DNA of 64,000 nt from Candidatus Hikarchaeum yamanae (GTDB taxonomy: Archaea; Halobacteriota; Halobacteria; Halobacteriales; Hikarchaeaceae): assembly GCA_009889635.1 (NCBI GenBank), contig WTZQ01000003.1, positions 72,417 through 136,416 of the forward strand. Reading direction: 5' to 3'. Below, one piece after another: positions 37,879-48,322 of this stretch. The first letter of the stretch is position 1. Each line of letters opens with the position of its first letter. A program made the translations under genes and the position numbers. The notes beneath the pieces were generated by a model. It saw nothing but the letters and a program-made list of their open reading frames with translations. It searched no databases and was not told the origin of the DNA.

Positions 37879-38595
37879 TTATTGTAGAGGGGGGTCTGTT
37901 TCGAATTTGTTTTTCCGTATACGTTTCATTTGTGACCAGAAGAATAAGGAGTACAAAAGTAGAGATGCTCCGCAAAAGAGCAATAATCCTGCCAATAATT
38001 GTGCGTCCCGGGCTAGATAATATTGAACGTAGATTGCCTCGCTAGAGGGATCATTCCAGTGCAAGTGTAGCTGATTTGAAGTAAATGTGGTAGTATAGTT
38101 AGAAGGACTAACTTTGCTAAGAAGCGGGATGCTAACATCAGAATCTTTGGGTAAAATCACAACGTAATTTCCAGAAGTAATTACAGGTGCTTGAAAGGAT
38201 TTTCCAGATCTCAGGGAAGTGAATCCAAGTTTACCAGGGCTACTGGGCAGAATTATAGAAGTTGAAAATCGACTCTGCTCTATTGAAAGCTTATCTTCAA
38301 AAATTATAGTTCCGTTGGGGTGCCTAAATTGAACATTAGATAGATCAAGGGGCCTTTTTGTGTTGATTCGGTGGATGCGGTATAGATCTATTTTTGATTC
38401 ATCTTCAATGGAGTACACAGCTTGGTATTGTTTTTTTTCTAGTTGAAAGAGAGCGCCTTCGTCGTGGCCCCAGAGTGATGTATAGGCAAGGGGATCTGGC
38501 GATGAAGGTTCAGATTCCATTATAGAAATTGTTTGGCATCCAGCGCAGATGACTATGAATAGCAAAAGAGTGGTGGTAAGAAATCGAGATGTCAT
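37879..38595 (-). CDS. DUF5803-like lipoprotein/membrane protein
   Basis: AGC lipobox and C-terminal TM (VQYYLARD...); position matches the haloarchaeal tfe gene block. Confidence 0.65.
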   Translation of the reverse strand: MTSRFLTTTLLLFIVICAGCQTISIMESEPSSPDPLAYTSLWGHDEGALFQLEKKQYQAVYSIEDESKIDLYRIHRINTKRPLDLSNVQFRHPNGTIIFEDKLSIEQSRFSTSIILPSSPGKLGFTSLRSGKSFQAPVITSGNYVVILPKDSDVSIPLLSKVSPSNYTTTFTSNQLHLHWNDPSSEAIYVQYYLARDAQLLAGLLLFCGASLLLYSLFFWSQMKRIRKNKFETDPPLQ

Positions 38596-38603
38596 AAGGC
38601 GTG

Positions 38604-39272
38604 CTATAGAGGTATCACACACTTCATTTCAGAAGGGAGGTAAGGACCTATCGCTGCTAGAATTCCAGGAGGGTCGGTTCCTGCAGAACAAATAATACTT
38701 TGCTCTAGAAGGCCGACACGTTCGACGGAAACTATATCTTTTGCATGGCCAGATTTGTTTACTGTAGCCCGGACCTCGCTTTTCGTGGCACTGTTAACAT
38801 TTACACGACCAAGCCCACGCCTCCAACTATACAGCCTATCTAATTCTTTCTTAGATAGAGAAGCAGGTTCTCCTTGAATAAAGGTGAGGGGCATATGCTG
38901 AACAAGTCCGAAACGTTGTTTAATTTGGGCAGGAGTTCCAGGGCCGAGTCCCAAATTATTTGACGGGATGTGGACGGGTTCAAGCGAATCAAGTAAGAAG
39001 CCCTGGTCGTCCCAAGAAGATAAGGTCCCAATATATTCAGAACCATTCTTCACAGGAGGCAAAATTTCACCCCACGTCTCAATTAAAATACTAGTCGCCG
39101 CCACCTCATCTTCCCCGTGTATGCTTATTTCAGGAAAGTGTTGAGGGGTGAAGGAAATATCATAGGACACATTAAGTTGACCTATGTCGTTGGAGATTAT
39201 AGAATCAAGAGATCGAATTGCCCTATCCCTTGCATCCCCTTTGACATAAATTTTGGTTGCCAGGGTTACCAT
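38604..39272 (-). CDS. DUF2110 family protein
   Basis: MVTLATKIYV.GDAR.RA, RFGLVQH, TDPPGILAAIGPYL; directly downstream of tfe. Confidence 0.8.
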   Translation of the reverse strand: MVTLATKIYVKGDARDRAIRSLDSIISNDIGQLNVSYDISFTPQHFPEISIHGEDEVAATSILIETWGEILPPVKNGSEYIGTLSSWDDQGFLLDSLEPVHIPSNNLGLGPGTPAQIKQRFGLVQHMPLTFIQGEPASLSKKELDRLYSWRRGLGRVNVNSATKSEVRATVNKSGHAKDIVSVERVGLLEQSIICSAGTDPPGILAAIGPYLPSEMKCVIPL

Positions 39273-39799
39273 TATAGCTTCATTGATAATAGCGCGAGTT
39301 GATCTTGAAGGCCATCGAGGCGGTTTTTCATTGAATTGAGAAGTTGAGAATTGTCCATAATATTCAATTTAGAACTACAAGTGGGACAAACAAAACTTTG
39401 ATCAAGGGCGTCTGAAAAACTGAATCGGAGAGAGCACGTTCCGCATAGATAAAATTCATTTTGGGATTCGAAATCGTGACGTTTAGATAGGTACTCCGAA
39501 AGAGTAGACATCGCTTCTAAAAGATTTATTCTTATTTGATCATAATTGAACGTCCAGAGGTATGTTAGCCAGCCAGAATCTTCATCCCGAACACGTCGAT
39601 AGCTAGCTAGCTCGTTTTCATATAAAATGAATAATGCTCGTCGAACATTGTTTAACTCCAAACCTAATTTCTGAGAAAGCTCTTCGTCGGTGACTTCGCC
39701 TTCGGGAGGGGATGCCGCCACAGGCATTCCTCGATCCCCAACTAGCTCGTGGAGATATTTTTGTACTACTTCGTCGTGTAGTAGATCGTCGAAAGCCAT
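39272..39799 (-). CDS. tfe: transcription factor E (TFE alpha)
   Basis: VTDEELS, VRRALFILYE, DEDSGWLTYLW, CxxC...CxxC zinc ribbon. Confidence 0.95.
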   Translation of the reverse strand: MAFDDLLHDEVVQKYLHELVGDRGMPVAASPPEGEVTDEELSQKLGLELNNVRRALFILYENELASYRRVRDEDSGWLTYLWTFNYDQIRINLLEAMSTLSEYLSKRHDFESQNEFYLCGTCSLRFSFSDALDQSFVCPTCSSKLNIMDNSQLLNSMKNRLDGLQDQLALLSMKL

Positions 39800-39869
39800 T
39801 ATATAAAGGGGGGCAGCAACTGGCTTTAAAGTTACTCACTCGTGCCTGGGCAAAAAGAATGCCAAAAAA

Positions 39870-40403
39870 TTAATTACCTTCTACAAGTTTTCCTGATTTT
39901 TGAGGGATTATTTTTTGTTTTGCATCATCCCAAGATTGATTTAATTCAGTGCCTTGGAATAGTCGGTCTAAGAAGATAGCTAGTGCTGCGATTTCAGAAT
40001 GAGGTTGGTTTGTTACAGATAGATTCCAATCTGCTGCCTCATAAATGAAAAAGGGGACTTTTTCCGCGCCAACAATTATGAGAAGAGGGTCAGAATGATG
40101 AGATATGATTACGTCATCTATAAGAGATTCTATCGGCTGCCCATACATTGTTAGATGGACTATGGAGCCATTCCAGGACTTAACAAACTTGGAAACATTA
40201 GTTATAGATTCTGCTCTAAAGGATCCACCGAAGTTTAAAGAAACTTCGTTGATAGTAGATGAGGAGGAACTTGCAGCATCGGGGAAAATTACTCTGTCAG
40301 CACCAAATGCACGTGCCACTAGACCGACATGAGTAGTGATTCTTTCATCCCTCCCAGGACGATGTCCAATTCTCAAAATTGAAACTTCGTGTTTACCATC
40401 CAT
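39870..40403 (-). CDS. trm56: tRNA (cytidine(56)-2'-O)-methyltransferase
   Basis: LRIGHRPGRDERITTHVGLVARAFGA, VHLTMYG, VGAEKVP, NQPHSEIAAL. Confidence 0.93.
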   Translation of the reverse strand: MDGKHEVSILRIGHRPGRDERITTHVGLVARAFGADRVIFPDAASSSSSTINEVSLNFGGSFRAESITNVSKFVKSWNGSIVHLTMYGQPIESLIDDVIISHHSDPLLIIVGAEKVPFFIYEAADWNLSVTNQPHSEIAALAIFLDRLFQGTELNQSWDDAKQKIIPQKSGKLVEGN

Positions 40404-40491
40404 AGAGTAATATTGCCGAAATGACATTAAATAGCTTAGCTAATTTTTCGAAGTAGTAAGGGTCTTGTTAGCAGATACCTATGAAAGGCTT

Positions 40492-41421
40492 GTGAACCTT
40501 GATGGCAAACAGATTTTGATCACTGGAGGATATGGATTTATAGGATCCCACTTAGCAGAACAATTGGCCTCTAACAACAACGTGACTATTGTAGACAGAT
40601 CTGAAAACCAAATTGGTGTTGAAGAGGTGAAAGGAATAGAAGTGATTGAGGGGGACTTATATGATTTATCAGTGGTGGAGATGGCAATCACATCTGAAAC
40701 AGATATGATTTTTCATTTAGCGGCCGATAAAGCTGTTAATTCAGAGAATATTGCTGCTCAATTCGATTTTAATAATACCATGACGTCGAATATATTGTCC
40801 CGTATGAAAGAGGTGGGAGTAATGAATATTGCATTTGCATCTTCATCTACAGTATATGGAGAAGCAGAGTGTCCAACTCCTGAAAGTTATACGCCTCTAG
40901 AGCCAATTAGTGTATATGGGGCATCGAAACTGGCTTCAGAAGCACTCATATCGGCATATGCACACGGGTTTGATTATACAACATGGATATTTCGATTGGC
41001 AAATGTTGTGGGACCACGTCTTCAAAAAGGGGCAGTAATACCAGATTTTATTGAAAAATTGAAGAAAAATCCAGAATTGCTTCATGTACTGGGGGATGGG
41101 CATCAAGAAAAATCCTACATATACATCGAAGATTGCATAGAAGCTATGTGTTGGATAATTGAAATGACATCGGACCCTACAAACGTGTATAATATCGGGA
41201 CAAAGACTACAATTTCCGTTAGAGAAATAGCAGAAATAGTAGCCAACCAGATGGATTTGTCTCCAAAGATAACATACACTTCTTCGGATAGAGGATGGGC
41301 GGGTGATGTCCCTCGAATGAGCTTGTCGGTTGAAAAATTGATATCATTGGGGTGGGGCCCAGAACTTGAAAGCGAGGACGCAGTCAGACGCACTGTCAGA
41401 GAACTGGTGTCAAGTCAATAG
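40492..41421 (+). CDS. NAD-dependent epimerase/dehydratase (UDP-glucose 4-epimerase-like)
   Basis: ITGGYGFIGSH, SSSTVYG, YGASK, GDGHQEKSY; GTG start inferred. Confidence 0.9.
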   Translation: MNLDGKQILITGGYGFIGSHLAEQLASNNNVTIVDRSENQIGVEEVKGIEVIEGDLYDLSVVEMAITSETDMIFHLAADKAVNSENIAAQFDFNNTMTSNILSRMKEVGVMNIAFASSSTVYGEAECPTPESYTPLEPISVYGASKLASEALISAYAHGFDYTTWIFRLANVVGPRLQKGAVIPDFIEKLKKNPELLHVLGDGHQEKSYIYIEDCIEAMCWIIEMTSDPTNVYNIGTKTTISVREIAEIVANQMDLSPKITYTSSDRGWAGDVPRMSLSVEKLISLGWGPELESEDAVRRTVRELVSSQ

Positions 41422-42224
41422 TGCAAATTGTTGGATTTGAATCAGGGTTGGATGTGCTCGAGTATGACTTAATAGATGGAACGAATAATGAGCCAGATGT
41501 CCCACATTTAATACTAGAAAAAAATGGAGAATTGGATCGAATATATCTTGAGCAGGGAGAATTTGTAGACTATAAACTTGGTGAACGTCGATGTGCAGGG
41601 AGTATTACAAATGGTGTGCATGAATCTTGTGGAGAGGATAAAGTCCCATATTGTATAGAACATACAAATGACTGGATATGTGCGAGATGCACAGGTAATT
41701 GTGATTTGCCCCTGCCATCTTGCAAAGAAATACATGCAGTTTACATAGCAGGTTTTTCCCCTTCTACTTTCAAGGTAGGAGTAACGCGGATGTCCCGTCT
41801 AATAACGAGACTGAAAGAGCAAGGTGCCCGTAAAGCAGCCCATATTGAAACGGTTTCAAATGGCAGAACTGCGAGACAAATAGAACGGGGGATAGCAGAT
41901 AAAATTAAAGATAGAGTGATTTCTAAAGAAAAGATAAATGGCATTGGTCAATATGTTAGTGAGAAAGAGTGGAATACCATTATAGCAGATTATAAAACAG
42001 TGAAAACATTTGATTTAGAGTATGGATTTGAGTTGGAATATCCCCCCATCCCTGCGGTGATATTATCAGGAGAAATTATAGGTATTGAAGGAAGGTTTTT
42101 GATTTTAAAAATCTCCAATGACAACTATGCGGTGGATTTGCGGGATTTGATTGGATACGAAATAGAAGAAGGGAATCAAGAGATTAGCCTTCAAACTAGT
42201 TTGAGAATGGTAAGCAAAATATAA
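41421..42224 (+). CDS. DUF2797 domain protein
   Basis: Cys-rich N-terminal part; HAVYIAGF....KVGVT...RLKEQGA. Confidence 0.8.
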   Translation: MQIVGFESGLDVLEYDLIDGTNNEPDVPHLILEKNGELDRIYLEQGEFVDYKLGERRCAGSITNGVHESCGEDKVPYCIEHTNDWICARCTGNCDLPLPSCKEIHAVYIAGFSPSTFKVGVTRMSRLITRLKEQGARKAAHIETVSNGRTARQIERGIADKIKDRVISKEKINGIGQYVSEKEWNTIIADYKTVKTFDLEYGFELEYPPIPAVILSGEIIGIEGRFLILKISNDNYAVDLRDLIGYEIEEGNQEISLQTSLRMVSKI

Positions 42225-43325
42225 TTATAAAAGAGATTGGTATAACTGAGATAATTGGTCAATTGTGGCATCGATGGAAATAGAATCTCGATGGGATATG
42301 CAATTTTTACAAAGATTTTTTCTATTTGAGAGAGAATCCAATGTTTTTTCAATTAATGATGAGGGGCTTCCAGACTGATAGTGAGTTCCAGTTACTCCCT
42401 CGGTGATTGTTTCTAAAAGAGCACCTTGATCTGCTGCCACGACAGGGGTGCCACAAGCAATAGATTCGAGGGCCACTATACCTTGGGTTTCGACGGGGCT
42501 AGGAAATATAAAGAGGTCCAATGCCGAATAAAATGCAGGTAAATCTTCCCGGGGGAGGCGGCCTAAGAATAAAACATTGGCATCAAATTTGTTTGCTTGG
42601 GATTCAAGATTTTTTCTATCAGGCCCATCACCCCCGATCAATATTGTTGCGTCGATGGAAGAGGCTAGTTGGATTAGTTCATGGATATTTTTTTCATAGC
42701 CATGACGCCCGGTATATCCTAGGATGGTTTGATCAGAATTTAGACCATGATCGGTGAGAAAGGATTCGGCGTTAACTGGTTTAAATAGAGAAGTGTCGAT
42801 CCCATTTTTCAGAAGAGTTATCGGGGAGGTCACTCCTATTTCCCGGAGATCTGTGAGTGCATTTTCACTGTGGACAAGAATTAAATCTGCCCTATTTAGA
42901 AAGCGAGATTCCCAACGATTGCTAGTTTTAGAAAGAGATCTGGAAATCAAAGCAGTAGGAGAGATATAACCAACGTATTTTGAAAGAGGAGTATGATAGG
43001 ATGCCACCAGCGGTAGGTTATATTTTTTGGCCATTTTTTGCCCTGCTAATCCAAGGGAGAACGGAGTATGGGTATGGACAATATCCATGTTTTTGTGAGG
43101 GGCAGGGTTGAAAGGAAATGCAAGTCGGTACCCGGGATAAAATGGAAATGGGACACTACTGACAGGCCACTCTTTCTGTTGTGGGTCATATTTTGATTTG
43201 GGGTAGATGACATGCATTTCCCCCCCACGAATATCCCACCACTTTTTCCAAGTAGCTATGGTATAGGTAACGCCATTGAGAGTGGGGAGGTAAGTATCAG
43301 AAAACGAGGCTACAGAAGGCATCAT
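42225..43325 (-). CDS. GT4 glycosyltransferase
   Basis: SDTYLPTLNGV, HTHTPF, ETQGIVALESIACGTPVV. Confidence 0.9.
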   Translation of the reverse strand: MMPSVASFSDTYLPTLNGVTYTIATWKKWWDIRGGEMHVIYPKSKYDPQQKEWPVSSVPFPFYPGYRLAFPFNPAPHKNMDIVHTHTPFSLGLAGQKMAKKYNLPLVASYHTPLSKYVGYISPTALISRSLSKTSNRWESRFLNRADLILVHSENALTDLREIGVTSPITLLKNGIDTSLFKPVNAESFLTDHGLNSDQTILGYTGRHGYEKNIHELIQLASSIDATILIGGDGPDRKNLESQANKFDANVLFLGRLPREDLPAFYSALDLFIFPSPVETQGIVALESIACGTPVVAADQGALLETITEGVTGTHYQSGSPSSLIEKTLDSLSNRKNLCKNCISHRDSISIDATIDQLSQLYQSLL

Positions 43326-44356
43326 ATGGTGTTATCAAAGGTAGAGACATAAATATCTTCTAAGTTTTCAGAAAGTATATTTAAAGTATGTTTATTTGCT
43401 GTTTTTTGTGCATTCTTACAAAGTTTTTTATATAAAGAATCATCTTGGTGGAGCAGGTCGATAGCATTTTTAAAATCATCTATAGAATGGCACATCAAAC
43501 AATCTTTTCCATGGGTATAATATTCTTCAAACACGGGGATGTCGCTTAACACAACAGCTTTGCCACATGCCATGGCTTCTAAGACGGAGATTCCCTGGTT
43601 TTCAACTTTAGACGGGAAACAAAATATATCTCCTGCGGCATACGCGCCTCTCTTGTCTGGGATCCATCCGGTGAAGGTTAGATTTGGTAAGTTAATCCGA
43701 GTCCATTTTTTAACAGAAGGACTTGCAATAGGGCCTGTTTCATAAGGACCGAACCAAACAAAATTGTAGTTAGTGGATTGGGCGAGTGTACAGAATGTAG
43801 TGAGTCCCTTTCTCTCAAACACGTTTCCGACACTAAACACAGTTAGGCCGGATAGATCATATTTGGACCTATAATCTTCACGGAGAGATTCAAACCCTTG
43901 GAGGGAATCTATATCAACTCCATTGCTCATAACAGAAATGGGAGATTTAATGGGATAGGATTGGAGGATATTTTTTGTATAATTGCTGGGACAGATCACG
44001 CGGTCTGCCTGTGAGTAAAACCACCTAAGGTAGGATCTTAATGGGCGGGATAGTTTGGTAGATCCCCGAAAGCTATCTGCGAAATCTTCTGCGGTGACGT
44101 GGGCATGTAGGATAAGAGGTTTCTTGCGGCTTAGTGCCGTTTTTGCTACGAGCACACTATAGGGTCCAAAAAGATTGCAATGGGCGATATCAAATTCACA
44201 TATCACCGAGTGATTGGGTTTATATTTAAAATTCCAAGGAGAAGATACCACGTTAAAATCGGTTAGGCCTAGTGCAGTGCGCTGGTGTTGAGTCGAAGTT
44301 CCGATCCCACTTCGATGAAGGCGACTTTCCATTTCCAGATAATTAAGAACTTTCAA
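43322..44356 (-). CDS. GT4 glycosyltransferase
   Basis: HAHVTAEDF, ERKG, ENQGISVLEAMACGKAVV; TTG start. Confidence 0.9.
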   Translation of the reverse strand: MKVLNYLEMESRLHRSGIGTSTQHQRTALGLTDFNVVSSPWNFKYKPNHSVICEFDIAHCNLFGPYSVLVAKTALSRKKPLILHAHVTAEDFADSFRGSTKLSRPLRSYLRWFYSQADRVICPSNYTKNILQSYPIKSPISVMSNGVDIDSLQGFESLREDYRSKYDLSGLTVFSVGNVFERKGLTTFCTLAQSTNYNFVWFGPYETGPIASPSVKKWTRINLPNLTFTGWIPDKRGAYAAGDIFCFPSKVENQGISVLEAMACGKAVVLSDIPVFEEYYTHGKDCLMCHSIDDFKNAIDLLHQDDSLYKKLCKNAQKTANKHTLNILSENLEDIYVSTFDNTI

Positions 44357-44568
44357 TACATCGGACGTATGGGCAGAACTTAAAAGAAATTACCGGATAT
44401 TAGTTAGGAACAGTGTGCTGAAGGTGATGGAGGCCTCGGAGAATATTTAATGGAACACGTTGTGGCAAGGTACGGAGAGATAGATCTCATTAAGCAAAGG
44501 GTTAATTTCGGCGAACTAGTAGCAATCGCGAAAAAAAAATATTGAGAAGGTAGTACTAAAGGTATAAA

Positions 44569-44883
44569 ATGATTGCAGAAGAACGAATTGAAAAGCTGGC
44601 AAAGTTGGCAAAAGAAGCAGGAGTTAGTGGAGAAACTGTTCGAGCGAAACGTTATGTGTATTTGGCCCACAAAATTGCACAAAGGCACCGACTAAAGTTT
44701 CCTGCAGATTTAAAAAGATTCACATGTTCAAAGTGTGGCACATATTTGATTCCAGGCAGGAATGCTCGATTTCGTACTAATAATAAATGTGTGGTGGTTT
44801 CATGTGAATGTGGAGAATATCATAGATATCCATACAAAGGAGGGACAAGGGGAATAGGAAATGGTGAAGAAAAATATGAATAA
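44569..44883 (+). CDS. rnp4: ribonuclease P protein component 4 (Rpp21)
   Basis: IAEERIEKL, KRFTCSKCGTYLIPG.NAR.R, CECG. Confidence 0.92.
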   Translation: MIAEERIEKLAKLAKEAGVSGETVRAKRYVYLAHKIAQRHRLKFPADLKRFTCSKCGTYLIPGRNARFRTNNKCVVVSCECGEYHRYPYKGGTRGIGNGEEKYE

Positions 44884-45124
44884 AAAAGAACTAAGAAAAT
44901 TATCTCATGAAACTGATGCGACGATATGGGTAGGAAAAGAAGGGGTAGAAAAAGTAATTGAAGAATTAAAAGGCCAATTGAGAGAGAGAAAGGCTGTTAA
45001 AGTCAAATTATTACAGTCTTCAAGAGGAGAAAAATCGACGGAGGAATTAGCATCTATTTTGGCAGAAAGGTCGGGGGCAAAAATGTACGAAACGATAGGG
45101 AATACTGCTATATTCGTTCGCTAA
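44861..45124 (+). CDS. YhbY/CRM RNA-binding protein
   Basis: IWVGKEG...IEELK.QL.....VKVK, IGNTAIF. Confidence 0.9.
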   Translation: MVKKNMNKKELRKLSHETDATIWVGKEGVEKVIEELKGQLRERKAVKVKLLQSSRGEKSTEELASILAERSGAKMYETIGNTAIFVR

Positions 45125-45139
45125 AATGGAATAAATGAA

Positions 45140-45446
45140 GCGGAAATAAGGTTTGCCCGACTTCTCAGAACGGGTTTATCCTATCGCCTTCTCCACCCCG
45201 CACCCCATTGAGCGACAGATGTCCGACAATTCGCTGTTCACTTCCGTGCCTGACGAGTTGTTGTCGATTAACTCCATATAAACGCACCTTCATGCATTTA
45301 CTAGAGACCTCTGCCCCCAATGGACAAGGCTTCTCAGTTGGGTCCAGGGACCTGAACCAATTTGGAACAGACGCACCTTGGTTTCGATTCTCGCTTAAGA
45401 CCATATTGCGAGCATGAAGCGGGGCCTAACCGCCCAACCTATCCGC
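45140..45446 (-). ncRNA. ffs: archaeal SRP (7S) RNA
   Basis: Minus strand begins GCGGATAGGTTGGGCGGTTAGGCCCCGC; helix-8 motif TCAGGCACGGAAGTGAACAGC; 3' end AACCTTATTTCCGC pairs with the 5' end; about 305 nt. Confidence 0.9.
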
Positions 45447-45492
45447 TTGTTTTAGTAATAAAGGACAGGGTAAGTGCCTTTCGGCAGGAACT

Positions 45493-45909
45493 TTAGAGCC
45501 CCATAATCCGGCGATGTTCTACCATTAAGCACTCATCTTGGATCACAATTCTGCCCTGAGATTCTGCTAATTTTGCAGCTTCTGGGTGGCTTATTCCTAA
45601 TTGCATCCAAAGGATATTAGAATCATCCCTATTGAGGATTGCATCAACTACATCTGGTATTTCTGAAGAGGGACGGAAAATGTTCACCATATCTATTTTA
45701 ACAGGGACTTCGGCGATGGTGTCATACGTAACCTGGTCAAAAATATTCTCAGTAGTATGAGGATTTATAGGGATAACAGTATAACCATGTTCATGCATGT
45801 ATTTTGGTATATTATGGGCAGCTTTTGCAGGATTAGTAGAACATCCTATCACCGCAATTGTATCTAATCCAAAGATATCATGGAGTAGGTCATCACTGGG
45901 CAAATTCAT
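45493..45909 (-). CDS. CoA-binding protein
   Basis: IAVIGCS.NP, VIPINP, VNIFRPS, WMQLGI. Confidence 0.88.
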   Translation of the reverse strand: MNLPSDDLLHDIFGLDTIAVIGCSTNPAKAAHNIPKYMHEHGYTVIPINPHTTENIFDQVTYDTIAEVPVKIDMVNIFRPSSEIPDVVDAILNRDDSNILWMQLGISHPEAAKLAESQGRIVIQDECLMVEHRRIMGL

Positions 45910-46758
45910 CTAGAGCACCCCGCTGATGATGAGTGAAAATATAGCTAAAAACATACCATATTTTAAATAAAGTTGGCCTTTGGAAGGGTTTGTAAAAGAG
46001 ATGAAAATGGCAAATGCCATCAGGGAATCTGCGACGATTATTGCAAATAAATAAAATAGGCCAAAAATTCCATTCAAAAAGGGCAAGGGGCTGATTAGAA
46101 TGGCCATCAAAAGAGATATTGTAGAGATTGCAAGAGAAGGCTTAATCCCAATTGTTAGGGGGAGTGTTTTGAGAGTTTTGATTTTATCGCCTTCCATATC
46201 TTCAATGTCTTTGATTATTTCTCGTGAAAATGTGGAAAGTACGATGAGAGAAAAAAGGACTAATAATGTTTGATACTGAAGAGCTTCCACTCCGATAAGT
46301 GAAGCAGATCCAAAAAGAATGGTACTCCCTCCAAGATAAGAGACTACAAAGTTCCCTACAAGGGGCATTCCCTTGAATAAAGGAGTATACAAAATTAGTA
46401 AAACAAAATTGAAGATTGCTATGAAAATTGCAAAGAGTGGAAGTGTCAAGCAAATCAGTGTTGCTATGAGAAATAGAAATATGCTGAATTTTAAAGCGCC
46501 GTTTTTAGAGATTATACCAAGGGGGATGGGCCTAGAGGGAGAGTTTATTTGATCGATATCACTGTCAAAATAATCATTTAGAGAATTTCCTGCGGCAGTT
46601 GCCAAGATGGTGGCAAGGAGAGGGGATATAATAAAAACAAGTTCCCAACCACCGTGAAAACTTAGTGTCATCAAGGAGCCAAGAAGGGTCAACAATCCAG
46701 CTGCAAATGCATTTAATGGACGTGAAAGGCGCAGATATTCCCCAATGACAGAACTCAT
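45910..46758 (-). CDS. digeranylgeranylglyceryl phosphate synthase (UbiA family)
   Basis: NDYFD.DID.IN.P.RPIP and REIIKDIEDMEGD Asp-rich motifs. Confidence 0.9.
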   Translation of the reverse strand: MSSVIGEYLRLSRPLNAFAAGLLTLLGSLMTLSFHGGWELVFIISPLLATILATAAGNSLNDYFDSDIDQINSPSRPIPLGIISKNGALKFSIFLFLIATLICLTLPLFAIFIAIFNFVLLILYTPLFKGMPLVGNFVVSYLGGSTILFGSASLIGVEALQYQTLLVLFSLIVLSTFSREIIKDIEDMEGDKIKTLKTLPLTIGIKPSLAISTISLLMAILISPLPFLNGIFGLFYLFAIIVADSLMAFAIFISFTNPSKGQLYLKYGMFLAIFSLIISGVL

Positions 46759-46848
46759 TTGAATGGACCATAACCATGAAAAGGTTAAAATCCTGCGATG
46801 ATGCAGTATCGCCGGGGTTAAACGGTTGCCTCAATAATTGACAATTTA

Positions 46849-46923
46849 GGGCATGTAACTCAGCTTGGATAGAGTGCTTGGCTTCGGACCAAGATGTCGG
46901 GGGTTCAAATCCCTTCATGCTCG
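46849..46923 (+). tRNA. tRNA-Arg(TCG)
   Basis: GGGCATG/CATGCTC acceptor; anticodon arm CTTGG-CTTCGGA-CCAAG; T-loop TTCAAAT. Confidence 0.95.
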
Positions 46924-46952
46924 TCTATATTCGAATGGAAAGGTCGTCACAA

Positions 46953-48302
46953 ATGACATCAGAAAAGAAAAAATTTGGAGAGTTGACAAAGGCGGAAATG
47001 CCATTGTTCATAGATCTATATGAATTGACGATGGCCCAAGGGCATTTGGAGCGGGGTCACAATATCACCTCTTCGTTTGATCTGAGTTTTAGAGAAATGC
47101 CAGAGAATCGAGGATACGTCATAGTGGCAGGATTGGAAGATGTTGTTGACTATGTTGAATCTATTTCATTTGAAGAAGGGGCGTTGGAGTTCTTACAGGG
47201 AATGGGGTTCAAAAAAAGTCTTTGTGAATATTTGGCGGATTTTAGATTTACAGGAGACATGAGAGCAGTGCCAGAGGGTTCGGTCGTGTTCCAACATGAG
47301 CCCATAGTTGAGATAACCGCTCCAATAGTGGAAGCCCAGATTCTAGAAACTGTATTGATTAATCAGATTGGGTTTCAAAGTTTGATTGCTACAAAGGCTG
47401 CAAGAATATATGATACAGTGCAAAGATATGGGCAGGGGCAATCACTTATAGAATTTGGGGCTAGAAGGGCACACGGTGTTGAAGCGGGGATCAAAGCTTC
47501 AAGGGCAGCATACATAGGTGGGTTTGAAGGTACATCTAATTTAGCTGCAGGAGTCATGTACGGAATTCCAGTGATGGGGACTATGGCTCATTCATGGATG
47601 CAGAGCTACGAAACTGAAGAAGGGGCATTTGAGTCATTTATAGAAACATACGGTGAAGAATCGATTCTACTTATTGACACATATGATACGATAACAGGTG
47701 CAGAAAGGGTAAAGGAAATTGTACAATCTAAGGGAGTTAACATAAAAGGCGTCCGATTAGATTCGGGAGATCTGGTATCACTATCTAAACAGGTGAAGGA
47801 CATAACAGGAGAATTGGGGATATACATCACATCGGGATTAGACGAGTACAAGATTGATCAATTTTTACAAGACGGAGGGATTGCAACGGGATTTGGAGTG
47901 GGTGGAAATTTAGTAACTAGTCGAGAGATCCCTGTTGCAGAGATAGTGTACAAACTAGTGCAGACAGAAGAAAATGGAAAAAAGACACCAAGTATGAAAT
48001 TTTCAGACGGGAAACGAACATATCCAGGGGAAAAGAGCATACTCAGGATTGTTAAAAATGGAAAGTATCAGAAAGATGTTCTTGCGCTGAAAGGAGAGGA
48101 ACTAGAAGGGCAAGAACAGCTAGTTGACATATACAATAATGGAAAGCTTGTGTACGAACTTCCTAAATTAAAAGCAATACAGGAAAATGCGATAGAATCT
48201 ATTTTTTCACTTCCAAAATCTTGTAAGAAAATTGAGAATCACGAACCCTACAAAGTAGAGATTAGTGACGGGATAAATGCTCTAGTTGAGACATTATTAT
48301 AA
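46953..48302 (+). CDS. pncB: nicotinate phosphoribosyltransferase
   Basis: DLYELTMAQG, EFGARRAHG, GTMAHSW, LIDTYDT, GVRLDSGDL; start placed downstream of the tRNA. Confidence 0.93.
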   Translation: MTSEKKKFGELTKAEMPLFIDLYELTMAQGHLERGHNITSSFDLSFREMPENRGYVIVAGLEDVVDYVESISFEEGALEFLQGMGFKKSLCEYLADFRFTGDMRAVPEGSVVFQHEPIVEITAPIVEAQILETVLINQIGFQSLIATKAARIYDTVQRYGQGQSLIEFGARRAHGVEAGIKASRAAYIGGFEGTSNLAAGVMYGIPVMGTMAHSWMQSYETEEGAFESFIETYGEESILLIDTYDTITGAERVKEIVQSKGVNIKGVRLDSGDLVSLSKQVKDITGELGIYITSGLDEYKIDQFLQDGGIATGFGVGGNLVTSREIPVAEIVYKLVQTEENGKKTPSMKFSDGKRTYPGEKSILRIVKNGKYQKDVLALKGEELEGQEQLVDIYNNGKLVYELPKLKAIQENAIESIFSLPKSCKKIENHEPYKVEISDGINALVETLL

Positions 48303-48322
48303 ACTTAATTGGTAAAAAATGG

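Noticed and set aside
44450-44545. 31-aa ORF MEHVVARYGEIDLIKQRVNFGELVAIAKKKY upstream of rnp4
   Set aside because: Protein-like but no recognisable motif; may be a gene remnant and cannot be supported without a search.
45165-45417. Two short ORFs in the ORF track
   Set aside because: They lie within the SRP RNA gene.
46878-46952. N-terminal extension of pncB (and likewise 50198-50233 of the EamA gene)
   Set aside because: The extensions run through tRNA genes; downstream ATGs are the plausible starts.
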